This document shows positions 34,818-46,945 of a stretch of DNA of 64,000 nt, one piece after another. The position numbers and the translations under genes were made by a program. The notes under the pieces are model-generated. The model saw only the letters and a list, made by a program, of their open reading frames with translations, searched no databases and was not told the origin of the DNA. Source of the DNA: Elsinoe ampelina (taxonomy: Eukaryota); the NCBI GenBank assembly GCA_010093995.1, contig ML992502.1, positions 2,021,925 to 2,085,924 on the forward strand. Reading direction: 5' to 3'. The first letter of the stretch is position 1. The number at the start of each line of letters is the position of its first letter.

Positions 34818-35796
34818 GAAGAAGAACAGGTCTGTCCGGGAATGCGAATGTGTGAATCATGAGCAGTAGACAAGTTTGAAGTGAAGATTTAATGCACGGT
34901 GATTGTGGGTCCGTCCGGTAGGCTTGGCGAAAGTTGTGAAGCTCATGCAGGTGTGAACTTGGAGTCAACCTAACACAAGCCTTCAACTTTTGCGCACCAC
35001 ACCATCACAACTTTCTTGGATCAGAGGTGAGTCCAATCACATTACAGCTGAGCTGATAGCGTTCATGATCTAATTTTGAAACTACCAGAACGGCGGGATC
35101 GAGGACTGCATACCAGCAGTGCCTTGATGAGGCTGAGGCCAACACAAAAGCGCCACCCTGCAAGCTGCAGCCGTCGAGCTGCATTACTTTGCCTAAAATT
35201 CGCAAATTTCCCCCCTCTACAACGACCATTTCATTGCCTTGAGGTCCCGCAATGCAGCTTGGTTCCACTACACTTCCGATCACTCGTGTTTCAGATTGCG
35301 AAGGCTGGATCCTCCTCGGTGCTGCTATCTGCACACATGCCTTGGCCTTCAGTTTTGCAGACGAGGATGCGTCGAATCAGCTACTCTGTTGATCACTGGA
35401 CTGCAGTTCAAGCGATCATGTCCCGTACCCACACGTACGAAAGCTCGTCTACAATTGCTGTTTCCTGATCAGCCGTGATCTGGAGAACCGATACCCGAAT
35501 AGAGCAGTCACAGCTGTGGCTATAGTCATGCACGCACTACATTGCCGTCGCTGACAATGCCTTCTCGTAGGCAGTATGTCCTAAATCTGATCAGCTCCGT
35601 CCTTCACCGAGCGTGACCCAATGTCAAGCGATGCTGCACTATACTGCACTGCGCCTTCGTTGCATTGGTCTTCAGCTGTATGTTCTCAGGTAAGAAGCTG
35701 ACTTGCGTAATGTGTCTTTCGTAATATAAGTACGGCTTCCTCCTACTCGAGCTCTTCACACAGAGCACAATCCACAGATACTCGGTAACCGCAGAC

Positions 35797-37707
35797 ATGC
35801 ACTTCTTGACATTGGCGACTTTGTTCTCGATCACTCTGGCCTCTCGAGGCATAGATTATGATCGTCTTCCTTCACTTACAGCAGCCGTGAAGAGGTCGGA
35901 CCTGGATAAGCGGACTACCACCATCGAAACCAAGACCTCGGCAACGTTCAGATACGTCGATGGTATGGATAGGGAATCTCGAAGCGGGACGTCCAATTGA
36001 CTTGTCCCAGATCAGCGCGCGGACGGCACAACATTCTACTCAGATGTCCGAGTAGACTCGCCAGTACCTATGCTCATCCTTGAAGAGTACGACCACCTTT
36101 TTCACCACATGGAATGCTCGACTTCGACCATGGTTCTACATTTCTCAAGCGGAGAGGCCTTCGGACTTACGAAGATGCTGGCAAATAAACTTGTCGGCGG
36201 ACTCGTGGTGACATCACACGCTGAATGCGCCGATTATCATGCTCGATCGCTCTTTCGCATTGACGGCGCTGAGGTGCACGAGGATGTCTCAAAAATGACT
36301 TTTCAGGGTCGGCCTGTGGAATGGGAGGATGCCTTTTCCTCCATGCAAGTCCAGCATGGCCAGACGCAAGATGAGCACCGAATTAGGCTCCGTGCACGCC
36401 AGAATGCGGTCTCATCACCGAGCAAAGTACCAAACCTTCAAAACAACTACACTGGACTGGCACCAATTGAGAAGCTTCCCAACAGAACTTACCAATACCT
36501 CGAACTCACGCAACCCTCTGCGATCGATACAAGCTTTCCAATGCTTTCTGACATATTGAGTCTACCAATTGCTGCGGGATGCAAGAACTGCTCAGTCACT
36601 GGCAGCCTGAATCTGACAACGAGCAACTTCACCTTGGCCAAGCCTTCCAGTGTACTAAAGGGTGCCTCGTCTGCCATAAAGAATCTTCTGAATCCAAAAG
36701 GTGAGAAAGCCTTACGAGCCCAGAATGACACCTTGGTCCTTGGCACCGGCATAGTCTCTCTCAAGATGAACAGCTTCTCCACCAAAGTCGAGCTATGGAT
36801 CGAGCCTGCGAGCAACGGAGAAATCGTCCACACACTTGCGCAGTACCCTATGATGGGATATGCACTTCCCAAGATTGGCAGGGTAGGCGTAAACTTCGTA
36901 CCGGAGCTGAGGTTGAATTGGGCCATCAGAGGAGGGCTTCGAATGTCCTACGGATTCGAGATTCAAGTGCCAGATAGCACAATAGTGGTCGACCTGGCGA
37001 ACAATTCGAGATCTAGCATATCAGGTTTCGAAGGTGCCACCATCACACCTCTACCATTCCAAGCGAACATCACCGACCTCTTCGTCGAGCTTTTCTTCAC
37101 CGTCCGACCTCGAATCTCCGCCGGCATCCTGATTGGAGATGGCGAGACCTTTAAAGCAGAAGCGGGCATCTTCCTCGACGCACCGGCCCTGAACGTCACA
37201 ATTTCCCAGATATCCTCCAGCGAGCACGACAGCAATTGCGAACCGCGTGCTGCAGACGCAGCACTCCCGGAAGCAGATCAAGTGGTACTGTCAGAGTTCC
37301 CAGACTTGACGCACATCGTTGGCATCGCGCAGACCGGCGCCGGCGCAGACATCGGTTTCGAAATCGACCTGCCGGGATCCGTCGCTGATCGCTCGTTCAA
37401 CCCCGAAATCAGCCTTGCAAGCGTGGAAGCCCAGGTCGCCACCGCCTGCTTGGTGTGGAGAGATGCACCATCTGCGGCACCTCAGGTCTTCGGCTCATCC
37501 ACAGCGCCGGCACCAACAGCGACGTATGCAGCGGCGTCTGAAGTAGTGGCTGAGACTAGCTCTGCTATCGCTGCGTCGGTCGCCGCTGCCAGCGCGAGTG
37601 TTAGAGCTACCGGTGCTGGTTCTCAGTCTGTAGGGTTGCCGAGATGGGCTGGTAGTTCTGCTGTCGCTGCCGTGGCTGCAGTCGCAGCTGCTATGGTGAT
37701 GCTGTAA
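35797..37707 (+). CDS. Secreted, probably GPI-anchored cell-surface protein; 2 exons
   Basis: Signal peptide MHFLTLATLFSITLA; KR sites; intron 35963-36010 joins the 36070 ORF in frame; CKNC motif; Ala/Ser/Thr stalk and hydrophobic C-terminal tail. Confidence 0.8.
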
Positions 37708-38117
37708 ACAGGTATATGCAGCAGCTATTGGACTGGTAGGAATGTGATGGAACGGCAGACATTGCGGTCATTGAAATTGCGGTTTGACGGAGCATAGGAT
37801 ATTTCATGGTCTTGTACGGTGATTGCGTAGCCACATGTCTTTATTCGGTCGTCTATTGCAAATCAAACGTCTTCATTTTGCAAGCGGTCCAGTACAACCT
37901 TCAGTAATGCCTGACCTGGCCAACTGGATCTTGTTACTTACCTGTCACCCTTGAAGATTATTGTGGACGTGAATGAAGGAGATGAAGTGGCGCGTCATTG
38001 ATTGCGGAGCTTCGGGATGAAGAGCTTCACGCATTGGTTCAACATCGCATCCTCCCCACCATCACTTCTCATCGAAATTTTTGGTTTTAGGTCTTTCCCT
38101 GTCTCAAGCATGCGAAT

Positions 38118-41100
38118 ATGGCGTATATAGCGTCTATCCATCGCCCAAGCAGTGTTCGGCATGCCATCAAGATCAATTTCTTGGACGCCGAAGAGGATAC
38201 TCTTGTGGTGGCGTAAGCTTATACGCCACTTCTGCGACAATCGACACTGACAACTCACAGCAAATCAAACCGGCTTGAGTTTTATGCTCAGACGGAAGAT
38301 GGATTGGTGCTGAGGCACTCAAAGGCCATCTATGGCAAAGTCATACTGCTCAACAAACTCCGGCCGGCGAGTTCAACAACAGACCACTTATTTGTCGGTA
38401 CAGATCGATTCATGTATTTCGTGTTATCATGGGATCCTACCACGAAACAATTGAAGACCGAGAAGACCTATCAGGATCTGGCAGACAATTCATCCCGCGA
38501 TTCACAGACTGGCGATCGATGTCTGATTGACCCCACTGGACGATTCATGGCATTGGAGATCTACGAAGGCATTGTCACCGTCATTCCGATTGCAACGGAA
38601 GGCAAGAAGAAATCAAAGGACGAGCCTGGCACACTTCGCGACCCCATTCCCACCAGAATACCAGAATTGTTTGTGCGGTCTTCGGCCTTTGTTCACCGGC
38701 GGAAAGAAAAGGATAAGCCGCAGCTTGCGCTTCTTTACGAGGACTCCACAGGCAGTGTCAACCTTCGGATACGAGAGCTCGACTACTCACCTGGTCTCAA
38801 GGATGAGGGAAGTGCTGAATTCGAGAGTCCCATCGAAGTGGAGGGCGATGTCGGTCTCGGCGCCAGCCATATCATCCCATTGGGTGCTCCTGCCTATGGA
38901 CTTTTGATCATCGGCGAGACATCGATCTCATACTGCGACGAGTTTGAGCACAGTCTAGACACGAAGGCATTAGAGGAACCAACCATATTTGTCGCCTGGG
39001 CACAAATCGACTCTCAGCGATTTGTGCTCGCAGACGAATATGGGAAGCTATACCTTCTGATGGTAGTGCTTGACGGGCGGAATGACTATGAGCGCTGGCA
39101 ACTGGATGTCCTGGGAGAGACTTCGAGAGCTTCAACGTTGGTCTATCTAGACGGAGGGCGCTTGTTCGTGGGGTCACATCAAGGCGACTCGCAGGTCATC
39201 CAAATCAAGGAGCAGTCGTTGGAGGTACTTCAGACATTCTCAAACGTGGCACCCATCTTGGACTTTTCTGTCATGGACATGGGCAATCGAACGAGTGACG
39301 CACAAGTCAACGAATATTCATCCGGACAAGCTCGAATCGTCACTGGCTCAGGCGCCTTTAAAGATGGCAGTCTGAGGAGCGTACGGAGTGGTGTTGGGCT
39401 GGAAGAGATCGGCATGATAGGAGAGATGGAGCACATTACTGATGTATTCAGTCTGCGGACGAGACCTGGCTCGCAGTTCTCGGACGCCCTCGTTGTCTCC
39501 TTCCTCACCCACACAAGAGTCTTTGTCTTCTCACCAGAAGGAGAGGCCGAAGAAGTCGAGAGCTTGAACGGCATCGACATGTCGCGGCAAACCATACTGG
39601 CGGAGAATCTTCAAGGCGGAGAGATCCTGCAGGTCACCTCTTCGACAGTAGCGGTGGCAGACCCGGAAAGTGGCATGACTTCAGCTTCTTGGTCAACAGA
39701 GTCCAATGGCGAGATCACAGCAGCGTCCTCGGCGAGAGACCAAGTCCTCATTTCCGTCAGCGGCACGGGTCTGGTCCTGCTGAAGTCAAGTCCGCAAGGC
39801 TTACAGGTCGTTGGGCAGCGCAAATCGGACGAGGGCTCTCAAATCGCCTGTCTGTCACTATCCTCGTTGTTCCCGAACGTTGCTTTTGTCGGATACTGGA
39901 AAGCCTCAAGCATCACTCTTCTCGATCTGCAGAATCTCCAACCACTTCACTCCGAGACTGTGTACGAGGAAAGTATTGTAGTACCGCGCTCAATCGTGGT
40001 GTCTCAGGTCCTGGCTAACTCTTCGCCGACGCTGTTCATTGGCATGGCTGACGGGAATGTTGTCACGTACTCGGTCGATCCCTCCAGCCTCCAGCTCGGG
40101 GCGAAGAAGAGCATTATCCTCGGAACTCAGCAGGCTAATTTCAAGGTGCTCCCGCGAGCCGATGGTCTCAACAATGTATTTGCCATCTGCGAACACCCCA
40201 GCTTGATCTATGGGTCCGACGGAAGGGTGGTCTATTCCGCAGTCACAGCTGAGGATGCCCGATGTGTGTGCTCGTTTGACTCGGAAGCATACCCTGGAGC
40301 CATCGCGATCGCTACCGACGAAGGATTGAAGTTGGCACTGGTTGATGAAGAGCGAACGACCCATGTTCAGACTTTGCCTGTCCACGAGACAGTACGAAGG
40401 ATAGCATACTCGGCTGATCTCAAAGCCTTCGGTCTCGGAACGATCAAGCGGACACTTGACGATAACGTGGAGAATATCAAGAGTCATTTCAAGCTTGTGG
40501 ACCAAATTGCCTTCCAAGAGCTCGATACATATGCACTAAACCCAGACGAGCTGATCGAATGTTGCATCAGGGCGAAGCTTGATGATGGTGCAGGCCAGGG
40601 TCAGCTTGCGGAAAGATTCCTCGTTGGCACTTCGTATATGGACGACGTCAATGATCAGAACGTCAAAGGCAGGATTCTCATATTCGAGATCACCGAGGAG
40701 CGAAGTATCAAGCTGATTGCAGAGACGGCACTTAGAGGTGCATGCAGATGTCTGGCTATGTGCGAAGGGAGGGTGGTGGCTGCACTGATCAAGACGGTGA
40801 GATACGTGGCCCATTGATGTTGGCAAGCATACTGATGAACCTAGGTCGTCACATTTACATTTGAGTACGAGTCGGGCAGTCTGCCCATGCTGCTGAAATC
40901 AGCCACTTACCGCACTTCAACTGCACCTATGGACATTGCTGTTTCTGGCAATGTAATTGCTATTGCAGACCTAATGAAGAGTACCTCCGTTGTCAAATTC
41001 ACCAAAGCACAAGACGGCGCCAACGACAAGCTGGAAGAAATCGCACGCCATTACGAAACTTCGTGGAGTACTGCAGTCGCTGAAGTTGCGGAACACACGT

Positions 41101-41591
41101 ACCTCGCTTCTGATGCGGAAGGCAATCTGGCTGTGCTCAGTCACGATGTGGGAGGCGTCTCTGCTGAAGATCGACGTCGTCTACGGGTCACTAGCGAGAT
41201 GCTCCTGGGTGAGATGGTCAACAGGATTCGGAGAATCGATGTACAGCCAACAACTGGTGCAGTCGTCATCCCTAGAGCTTTTATGGCGACAGTGGAGGGT
41301 TCCATCTACTTGTTTGCTTTGATCGCAAAGGACAAGCAAGATTTCTTGATGAGGCTGCAGGAGAGAATGGCAGAGTTGGTACAGAGCCCAGGCAATGTGC
41401 CCTTCAACAAGTACAGAGCATTCAAGACGTCTGTCAGAGAAGCAGAGGAGCCGATGAGATTCGTGGATGGCGAATTAGTGGAGCGGTTCCTGGACTGTGA
41501 TACAAGTGTGCAGGAAAGGATCGTCGAGGGCTTGGGCGTCGATGTGGAGGACGTGAGAGGCATGGTTGAGAATCTCAAGAGGCTGCATTGA
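38118..41591 (+). CDS. DDB1: DNA damage-binding protein 1 (CUL4 adaptor); 3 exons
   Basis: MAYIASIHRPSSVRHA, FVGSHQGDSQ, VTGSGAFKDGSLRSVRSGVG and FVDGELVERFLD; introns 38213-38260 and 40797-40844. Confidence 0.95.
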
Positions 41592-41841
41592 AATGGATAA
41601 GCAAGGTATTATCGAAATACGATGGCGATCTTATCATGTAGATCCTGCACGATGGAATAATGGAAAGGACAAACAAGCTCTCACATGCTCTTCACATGCT
41701 CTTCACATGCTGCTCCCCTCTATGCAGATCAATCATTTTGCCGTTTTGGGACGTGTCAGTTCCGCGTTTGGCGGACGACTTCACGTCATAACTTCACCTT
41801 CCTTTGACTCGCACCTTCCGTCGCATACAGCACATGATGCA

Positions 41842-43269
41842 ATGGACACCGCTCACGAGGTCACGGACTCTTCAGACTGGCTCAACACGACACTTCCGAC
41901 TTTTTCTCAGCTAGAAAACTCACTTCGATGTCAAGTCTGTAAGGACTTCTTCAACAACCCAGTCATAACTTCTTGTTCACACACTTTTTGCTCACTGTGC
42001 ATACGGCGATGCATCTCTTCGGACGGGAAATGTCCCACGTGTCGTTCAAGCGATCAGGCTAGCAAGTTGCGTCAAAATTGGGCAATAGATGATGTTGTTG
42101 CGACATTCAAAGCAGCAAGACCAGATGCCTTTAAGCTTGCCACAGAACGAAAGCAAGAAGAGGATGAGATTGCGGCCCGACCGGCCAAAAGAAGGCGAAT
42201 TCAGGAAGAAGGAACACATACACCCCCTTCATCACAGCGACAGACAAGAAGTCGGACAAAGACGCAGCCTCATGCGACAGCTGAGGTGCTGGTGGTGGAC
42301 GATGACGAGGGGGACGGTGACTACGAGGAAGAGAAGGAGCCCGAGGATGGACTGGTTGCTTGTCCGATCTGCGGCGGAAGAATGAAAGAAGAGACAGTGT
42401 TTGCTCACACAGATATATGCGACGGCACACCACCGGACAGGAAGAAGAGTCAGACTGCAGTAAATCCATTGCAGCAACGGCCACCCGCCAGGCCACCTTC
42501 GCAACCTCAAGAGAGAATAGCGGAACTCAATTACTCCATGATGACGGACGCACAGATGCGGAGGAAGCTCAAAGATATTGGCATCTCAAACACAGGAAAC
42601 AAACAGCTCATGACGAGGAGGCATACCGAATGGGCTAATCTTTGGAACTCAAACTGCGATGCATCAAGACCGAAATCAAAGACACAGCTCTTGAGCGAGC
42701 TGGCCATGTGGGAGAAATCTCAAGGTGGGCAAGCGAGACCTTCTCATGGCAGTGTGAATGGAATCATGAACAAGGACTTTGATGCAAAAGCCTATTCGAC
42801 CAGCAATAGTGACGACTTTGCGAGACTCATACAAGAAGCCAAATCGAAGGCGAAGGCAAAGACTGCAGTTGCAGAATCGGAAGGACAGGCCGAGGCGAGC
42901 AGTACTTCAGCACCTACAACGACTGGCGCTGATCGAATTGCTGTGGCGAACAAAGATGCTACGTCACCGGGTCAGACCGCGTCAATTCAGACACCCACGA
43001 CGACAAATGGCAGTGGACACGCAGAACAACGGCCAAGCACAGCAAGCAGCAGCCAACCTCATTCAAGCGCTGTCTCACCCGCCTCGGCAACACAGAACGA
43101 AGCACTCATGTCCAAAGCGCGCTTCGGACCAGATACGTACCCACAACATAGACGAGGCTCAGACAGCATCGGAGCGCGCTTCGCCACTCAACCGACAAGA
43201 AAAGTTCCCATGTTCTCTGTTTCATCACAACCCGTCGCAGATGTAGATATGAGCATGGATAAGCACTGA
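41842..43269 (+). CDS. RAD18: Post-replication repair E3 ligase Rad18 (RING, UBZ4, SAP)
   Basis: LRCQVCKDFF...CSHTFCSLCIRRC..CPTC; UBZ CPIC...HTDIC; SAP-like region; RRHTEWANLWNSNCD. Confidence 0.95.
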   Translation: MDTAHEVTDSSDWLNTTLPTFSQLENSLRCQVCKDFFNNPVITSCSHTFCSLCIRRCISSDGKCPTCRSSDQASKLRQNWAIDDVVATFKAARPDAFKLATERKQEEDEIAARPAKRRRIQEEGTHTPPSSQRQTRSRTKTQPHATAEVLVVDDDEGDGDYEEEKEPEDGLVACPICGGRMKEETVFAHTDICDGTPPDRKKSQTAVNPLQQRPPARPPSQPQERIAELNYSMMTDAQMRRKLKDIGISNTGNKQLMTRRHTEWANLWNSNCDASRPKSKTQLLSELAMWEKSQGGQARPSHGSVNGIMNKDFDAKAYSTSNSDDFARLIQEAKSKAKAKTAVAESEGQAEASSTSAPTTTGADRIAVANKDATSPGQTASIQTPTTTNGSGHAEQRPSTASSSQPHSSAVSPASATQNEALMSKARFGPDTYPQHRRGSDSIGARFATQPTRKVPMFSVSSQPVADVDMSMDKH

Positions 43270-43453
43270 TGTGACATGCATTCGCACGATTCGAAGAGAA
43301 TCTGTACAAAGAGCTAGGGGAAGGGAAGAACAGCACCGCATCCATTGAGCAGGGTATATATAAACTCCATCATGTGTATCGATGTCCCAGCCATCTTCCG
43401 TCAATCATGTCCGTCGGCCATCTATGTGAGCGTGCTCTGTGTCTGCATGTATC

Positions 43454-44884
43454 TCACTGCGCCATCTCGTTCGCCTCCTCAAAGTGGTCTTCTTCGTCTT
43501 CCTTCGCGCCGTGCGGCTCGCTCATGGGTACATCGATGCCCTCGAGACGCTTTCTGAGAGCTTCTTGCTCGGCTTGGTCTGTCGCTTCTTTTTGAGCACG
43601 TTGTTCCACCTCGATCGCCTCCCTCTGTGCTCGCTCCCTTGCCTCTTTCTTCTCGCGCTCTTCCCGCTCGAGCGCTTCCAGTTCGTCGTCAACTTCGCCT
43701 TCGTCAATGTTGGACGCAGCGCCCTCGTTGATGACACTCGTGACATCTTCCGTGACATCCATTTGTTCTCGTAGTCCCTGCATGACGTCCTCGACAGCTT
43801 CTGTGCCTCCGACTTTGTCGTTCAGACTTCTGAGGATGTCCCGGCCTTCTTTCATGGCCTGTACGATAGCCACATTGTCGCTCGCAACCTCGATGCTTCG
43901 CCATGTCGTCTCCAGTGTCTCCAACATCTTGCTGCGCTCCTCGAGCATGCTTTCTGCCGCCTTCTTCCCTCTAAGCGCCCTCTTCGCCTTGACATTCTGC
44001 CCCTCCTTGACCGCTTCTCTCGCCTGCACGTTCAACTTCTCCACCCGCTCCGTGAGCTCCTCCACCTGCGTCCCTAGATCCTCAATCAAGCCTTTCATAT
44101 TCGCAATCCCCTCGTCCTCCCTCGTCACCTCCTCCCTCCCCTTCGGCCCATTAACCTTCACACACCCCTCCGAAAACGTCAACACCCCCTTATCCCTCTC
44201 CAAATACCTCAGCAAAACCGCCATATCCCTTGCGCTCATCTCCGCCCCCTCCCCCTTCTCTTTCAGCACCCCCTTGAACCTCGACTCAAACTCCACCCGC
44301 GGCATCACCCTCTCCGTCACACCCCCCTGCTTCAATCCCAGCAACACCCCCTCAACCGCCCCCGCGACCCTCTCCACCGTGTCCTTGACCACAAACTCCC
44401 CCGCAACCAACACATCCCCTTCCCCTCCACCCACCAACCCCAACTGCCTCAGTCCCCACCGCACAACCTGCATGGCGGATGGCACCTGCACCTGCACCCC
44501 CCACCCGTCGCGGGAGTAAATACTCCTCTCCCTCCCCTCCCACTCTTCCAGGGGAATCAGCTCCCCCTTCTGCACCGCATCCGTGATCACCGCCTGGAGG
44601 GAGAGGGGAGGGCCAAACTGCGGCGTGGCGAGGGCGGAGGCGAGAGCTGGGCCGGAGGAGAGGAGGAGGGAGGAGGGGCCGGACGGGGAGGAAGGGAGGA
44701 GGTCGTGTCGGCTGAGGAGCGTGAGGGCCGAGAGCCAGGTTGTGGTGTTGGCGGTGTAGCCGTCTGGGTTGAGGGTGCGGAGGGGGGTGAAGGAGGAGTA
44801 CAGGCTTGAGAGGCGGGGTGGGGAGCGGAAGGCGGGGAGGTGGGTTTGGAGGAAGAGGAGGAGGGGTGGGGTGGGGTTTGTCAT
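43454..44884 (-). CDS. ESCRT-II/III hybrid CHMP7/Chm7-like Snf7-family protein
   Basis: N-terminal RLSSLYSSF..LRTLNPDGY.AN...W region plus a C-terminal Snf7 coiled coil with DEGEVDDELEALE. Confidence 0.85.
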   Translation of the reverse strand: MTNPTPPLLLFLQTHLPAFRSPPRLSSLYSSFTPLRTLNPDGYTANTTTWLSALTLLSRHDLLPSSPSGPSSLLLSSGPALASALATPQFGPPLSLQAVITDAVQKGELIPLEEWEGRERSIYSRDGWGVQVQVPSAMQVVRWGLRQLGLVGGGEGDVLVAGEFVVKDTVERVAGAVEGVLLGLKQGGVTERVMPRVEFESRFKGVLKEKGEGAEMSARDMAVLLRYLERDKGVLTFSEGCVKVNGPKGREEVTREDEGIANMKGLIEDLGTQVEELTERVEKLNVQAREAVKEGQNVKAKRALRGKKAAESMLEERSKMLETLETTWRSIEVASDNVAIVQAMKEGRDILRSLNDKVGGTEAVEDVMQGLREQMDVTEDVTSVINEGAASNIDEGEVDDELEALEREEREKKEARERAQREAIEVEQRAQKEATDQAEQEALRKRLEGIDVPMSEPHGAKEDEEDHFEEANEMAQ

Positions 44885-45112
44885 TGTTGCATGGTTGTCC
44901 GGGTGTGGTTTGTGGGTTGGAGGTTGTGATGGTGGAGGGGTGGGAGTGTTGTGGGTGAAGCGCGTGGTGGGGGGAGTGGTTTTCACACGTGAAGGATGGC
45001 AAACAAAACACGGGGGAACTTTTAAAACTATGACTTGCAGGAGGTGATTGGTGAACGTTGGGTATATTTTATGAGGATCACTCGTCTGCTAGACTTACAC
45101 GACCACGCGCGT

Positions 45113-46523
45113 TTATATCGACCAGCCGCTCTGCTTCTTGCTCGTTTGCACCCGTGGAGTGGATGATGACTTCTCTTCCGAGAAGCCCAGAGGCTCGAAA
45201 GCGAATTGTGCCTGCTGGCCTGGCCTCCAAGTCGTAGCCGCTTCATCCTCTTGGAGTTCAATTTCGCCGTCAGCCGGTGCTTCATCCGGCACAGCATCGT
45301 CCTCCACTTCCTCTTGGTCTTCCTCCTGGCCTTCCTCTTGATCTTCTTCGCCTTCCTCGCTTTCCTCGCCCTCGTTCTGGTTGCCACTCTCCTCTTCTGT
45401 GCCGTCCCCACGGCCGACAGTCTCAATATACCGATCGAGATCCTTTGCCATCTTCTTGTTGAAGCCAGTAGCCTCCACTTCCACATCCAATCTCGTCGTC
45501 TTGTCAGATTCCTTGATCGCATCTGCAAAGAACGGACCAGGCTCTGACGTCTCGAACTTGAATCGCCGGAGAAAGAAGCGTTTGATGCACGCCACATCTC
45601 TGTCAAAGTAGAACTTTGCATTTTGATGCGTGATGGACAGCATTTGCGGAAAGTCGATGAGGATAGGTACAAGTTTGACCTCTCCATTTGCTGATGGGAC
45701 CTCCTTGATCAGTAGGTTGAATTCGTTGTAGTCTCCGTGGATCAGGCCTACCCTCGCAAGCTTGACAATTATCTCCATGAGCTCAGCGTATAACGATGCG
45801 GGATCTGGAACACTGTCGATTTGCCGTAAAGGAAATGCATCAATAAATTCCATGACGATTGTGTGGCGACTCTGTCCAAGCGGTTCCGGCACCGGGAATC
45901 CTTCACGCCTCAGGGCTTGCATGAACGCGTATTCCTTCATGGCTGCTAATCGACTGAGGTACATCCAGGATCCCGTTGAGCGATTCCGGAGGTAATCTCT
46001 GTTGGCCTTGACCGTCCTGAAAGATATTCTGCCTAGCCTATGCACTTTGAGCACACATTGTCGGCCTGATTCGGCTGCCACAACATAGATGTCAGACTCC
46101 TTGCCGACGCCAATTTGATTGCCCAGACTGTAGACGGTGGAACTTTTCCGATGCGAGTTGAGTGCTAGATAGTCCAGTCCGCCATAAGTGAGTCTGTAGC
46201 CATCATCTGCCCAACTGATCAGCAAAGTGCTTCCATAAAATACCCTTGAGCAACGGACATTTGGCATTCTTGACTTTTGCAATCAGATTGACTTTGGCAA
46301 GAGCTGAAATACTCTTATGCACACCACTTCCGCCTCGGAGCCCAGCGAGCTGGGTGATCAATGTAGTTGGGACGACCTCATGGTTCCTACTTCCTGTCTC
46401 AACCTATCGACATCTTATCAGCGTCAGTCGAGATCTTGACGAAGAATTCATTTTACTTACAGCTGTGAGCACTCTCCAGTCTTCAGAGGTAAGGTACCGA
46501 ATCGCTTTTGGATTCAGCTTCAT
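45113..46523 (-). CDS. RIO2: Atypical protein kinase Rio2; 3 exons
   Basis: MKLNPKAIRYL, GSRNHEVVP, DGYRLTYGGLDYLAL, GVGKESD, IHGDYNEFN and IDFPQM; introns 46404-46460 and 46207-46258. Confidence 0.96.
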
Positions 46524-46945
46524 GATGAGTACTCGAGTAGTGGAATGAAAATATTCACAATGTCTTCAAAGAATCATTTGGGAAATAGTCTGACAATTCA
46601 ATCTTGGTGGCGAGCACTTTTGCAGAGACTGACAAAAAATGCTGCCATGAAGTCGTGACCATGATGGTTATGCTCCGAAAGCGGTGAGCGGCGGCAGAAA
46701 GTGATGCTGCTCGGAGCTCTTACGTGAACGAACGACATCGCGCGCTTTCGATGGAAGGACAAATCATCATCCTCCATCGCCTCGCCCTGCACCCAACCAT
46801 CTCTCGTCGCACCTCCAACAGCTTGCATCATTCACTCTAAATCAGACACCTACATATAGCCAGCAGTTCCTAGCGACCTCGTCAACTTCTAACAGTCTGT
46901 CCGGCGACACAAGCAGCTCCGAAACTTTGCTTGAGGCGGTACAGC

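Noticed and set aside
41566..41841. RAD18 frame open upstream, overlapping the DDB1 stop
   Set aside because: It starts at a non-ATG codon and Rad18-like sequence begins at MDTAHEVTDSSDW (41842); treated as a chance open frame.
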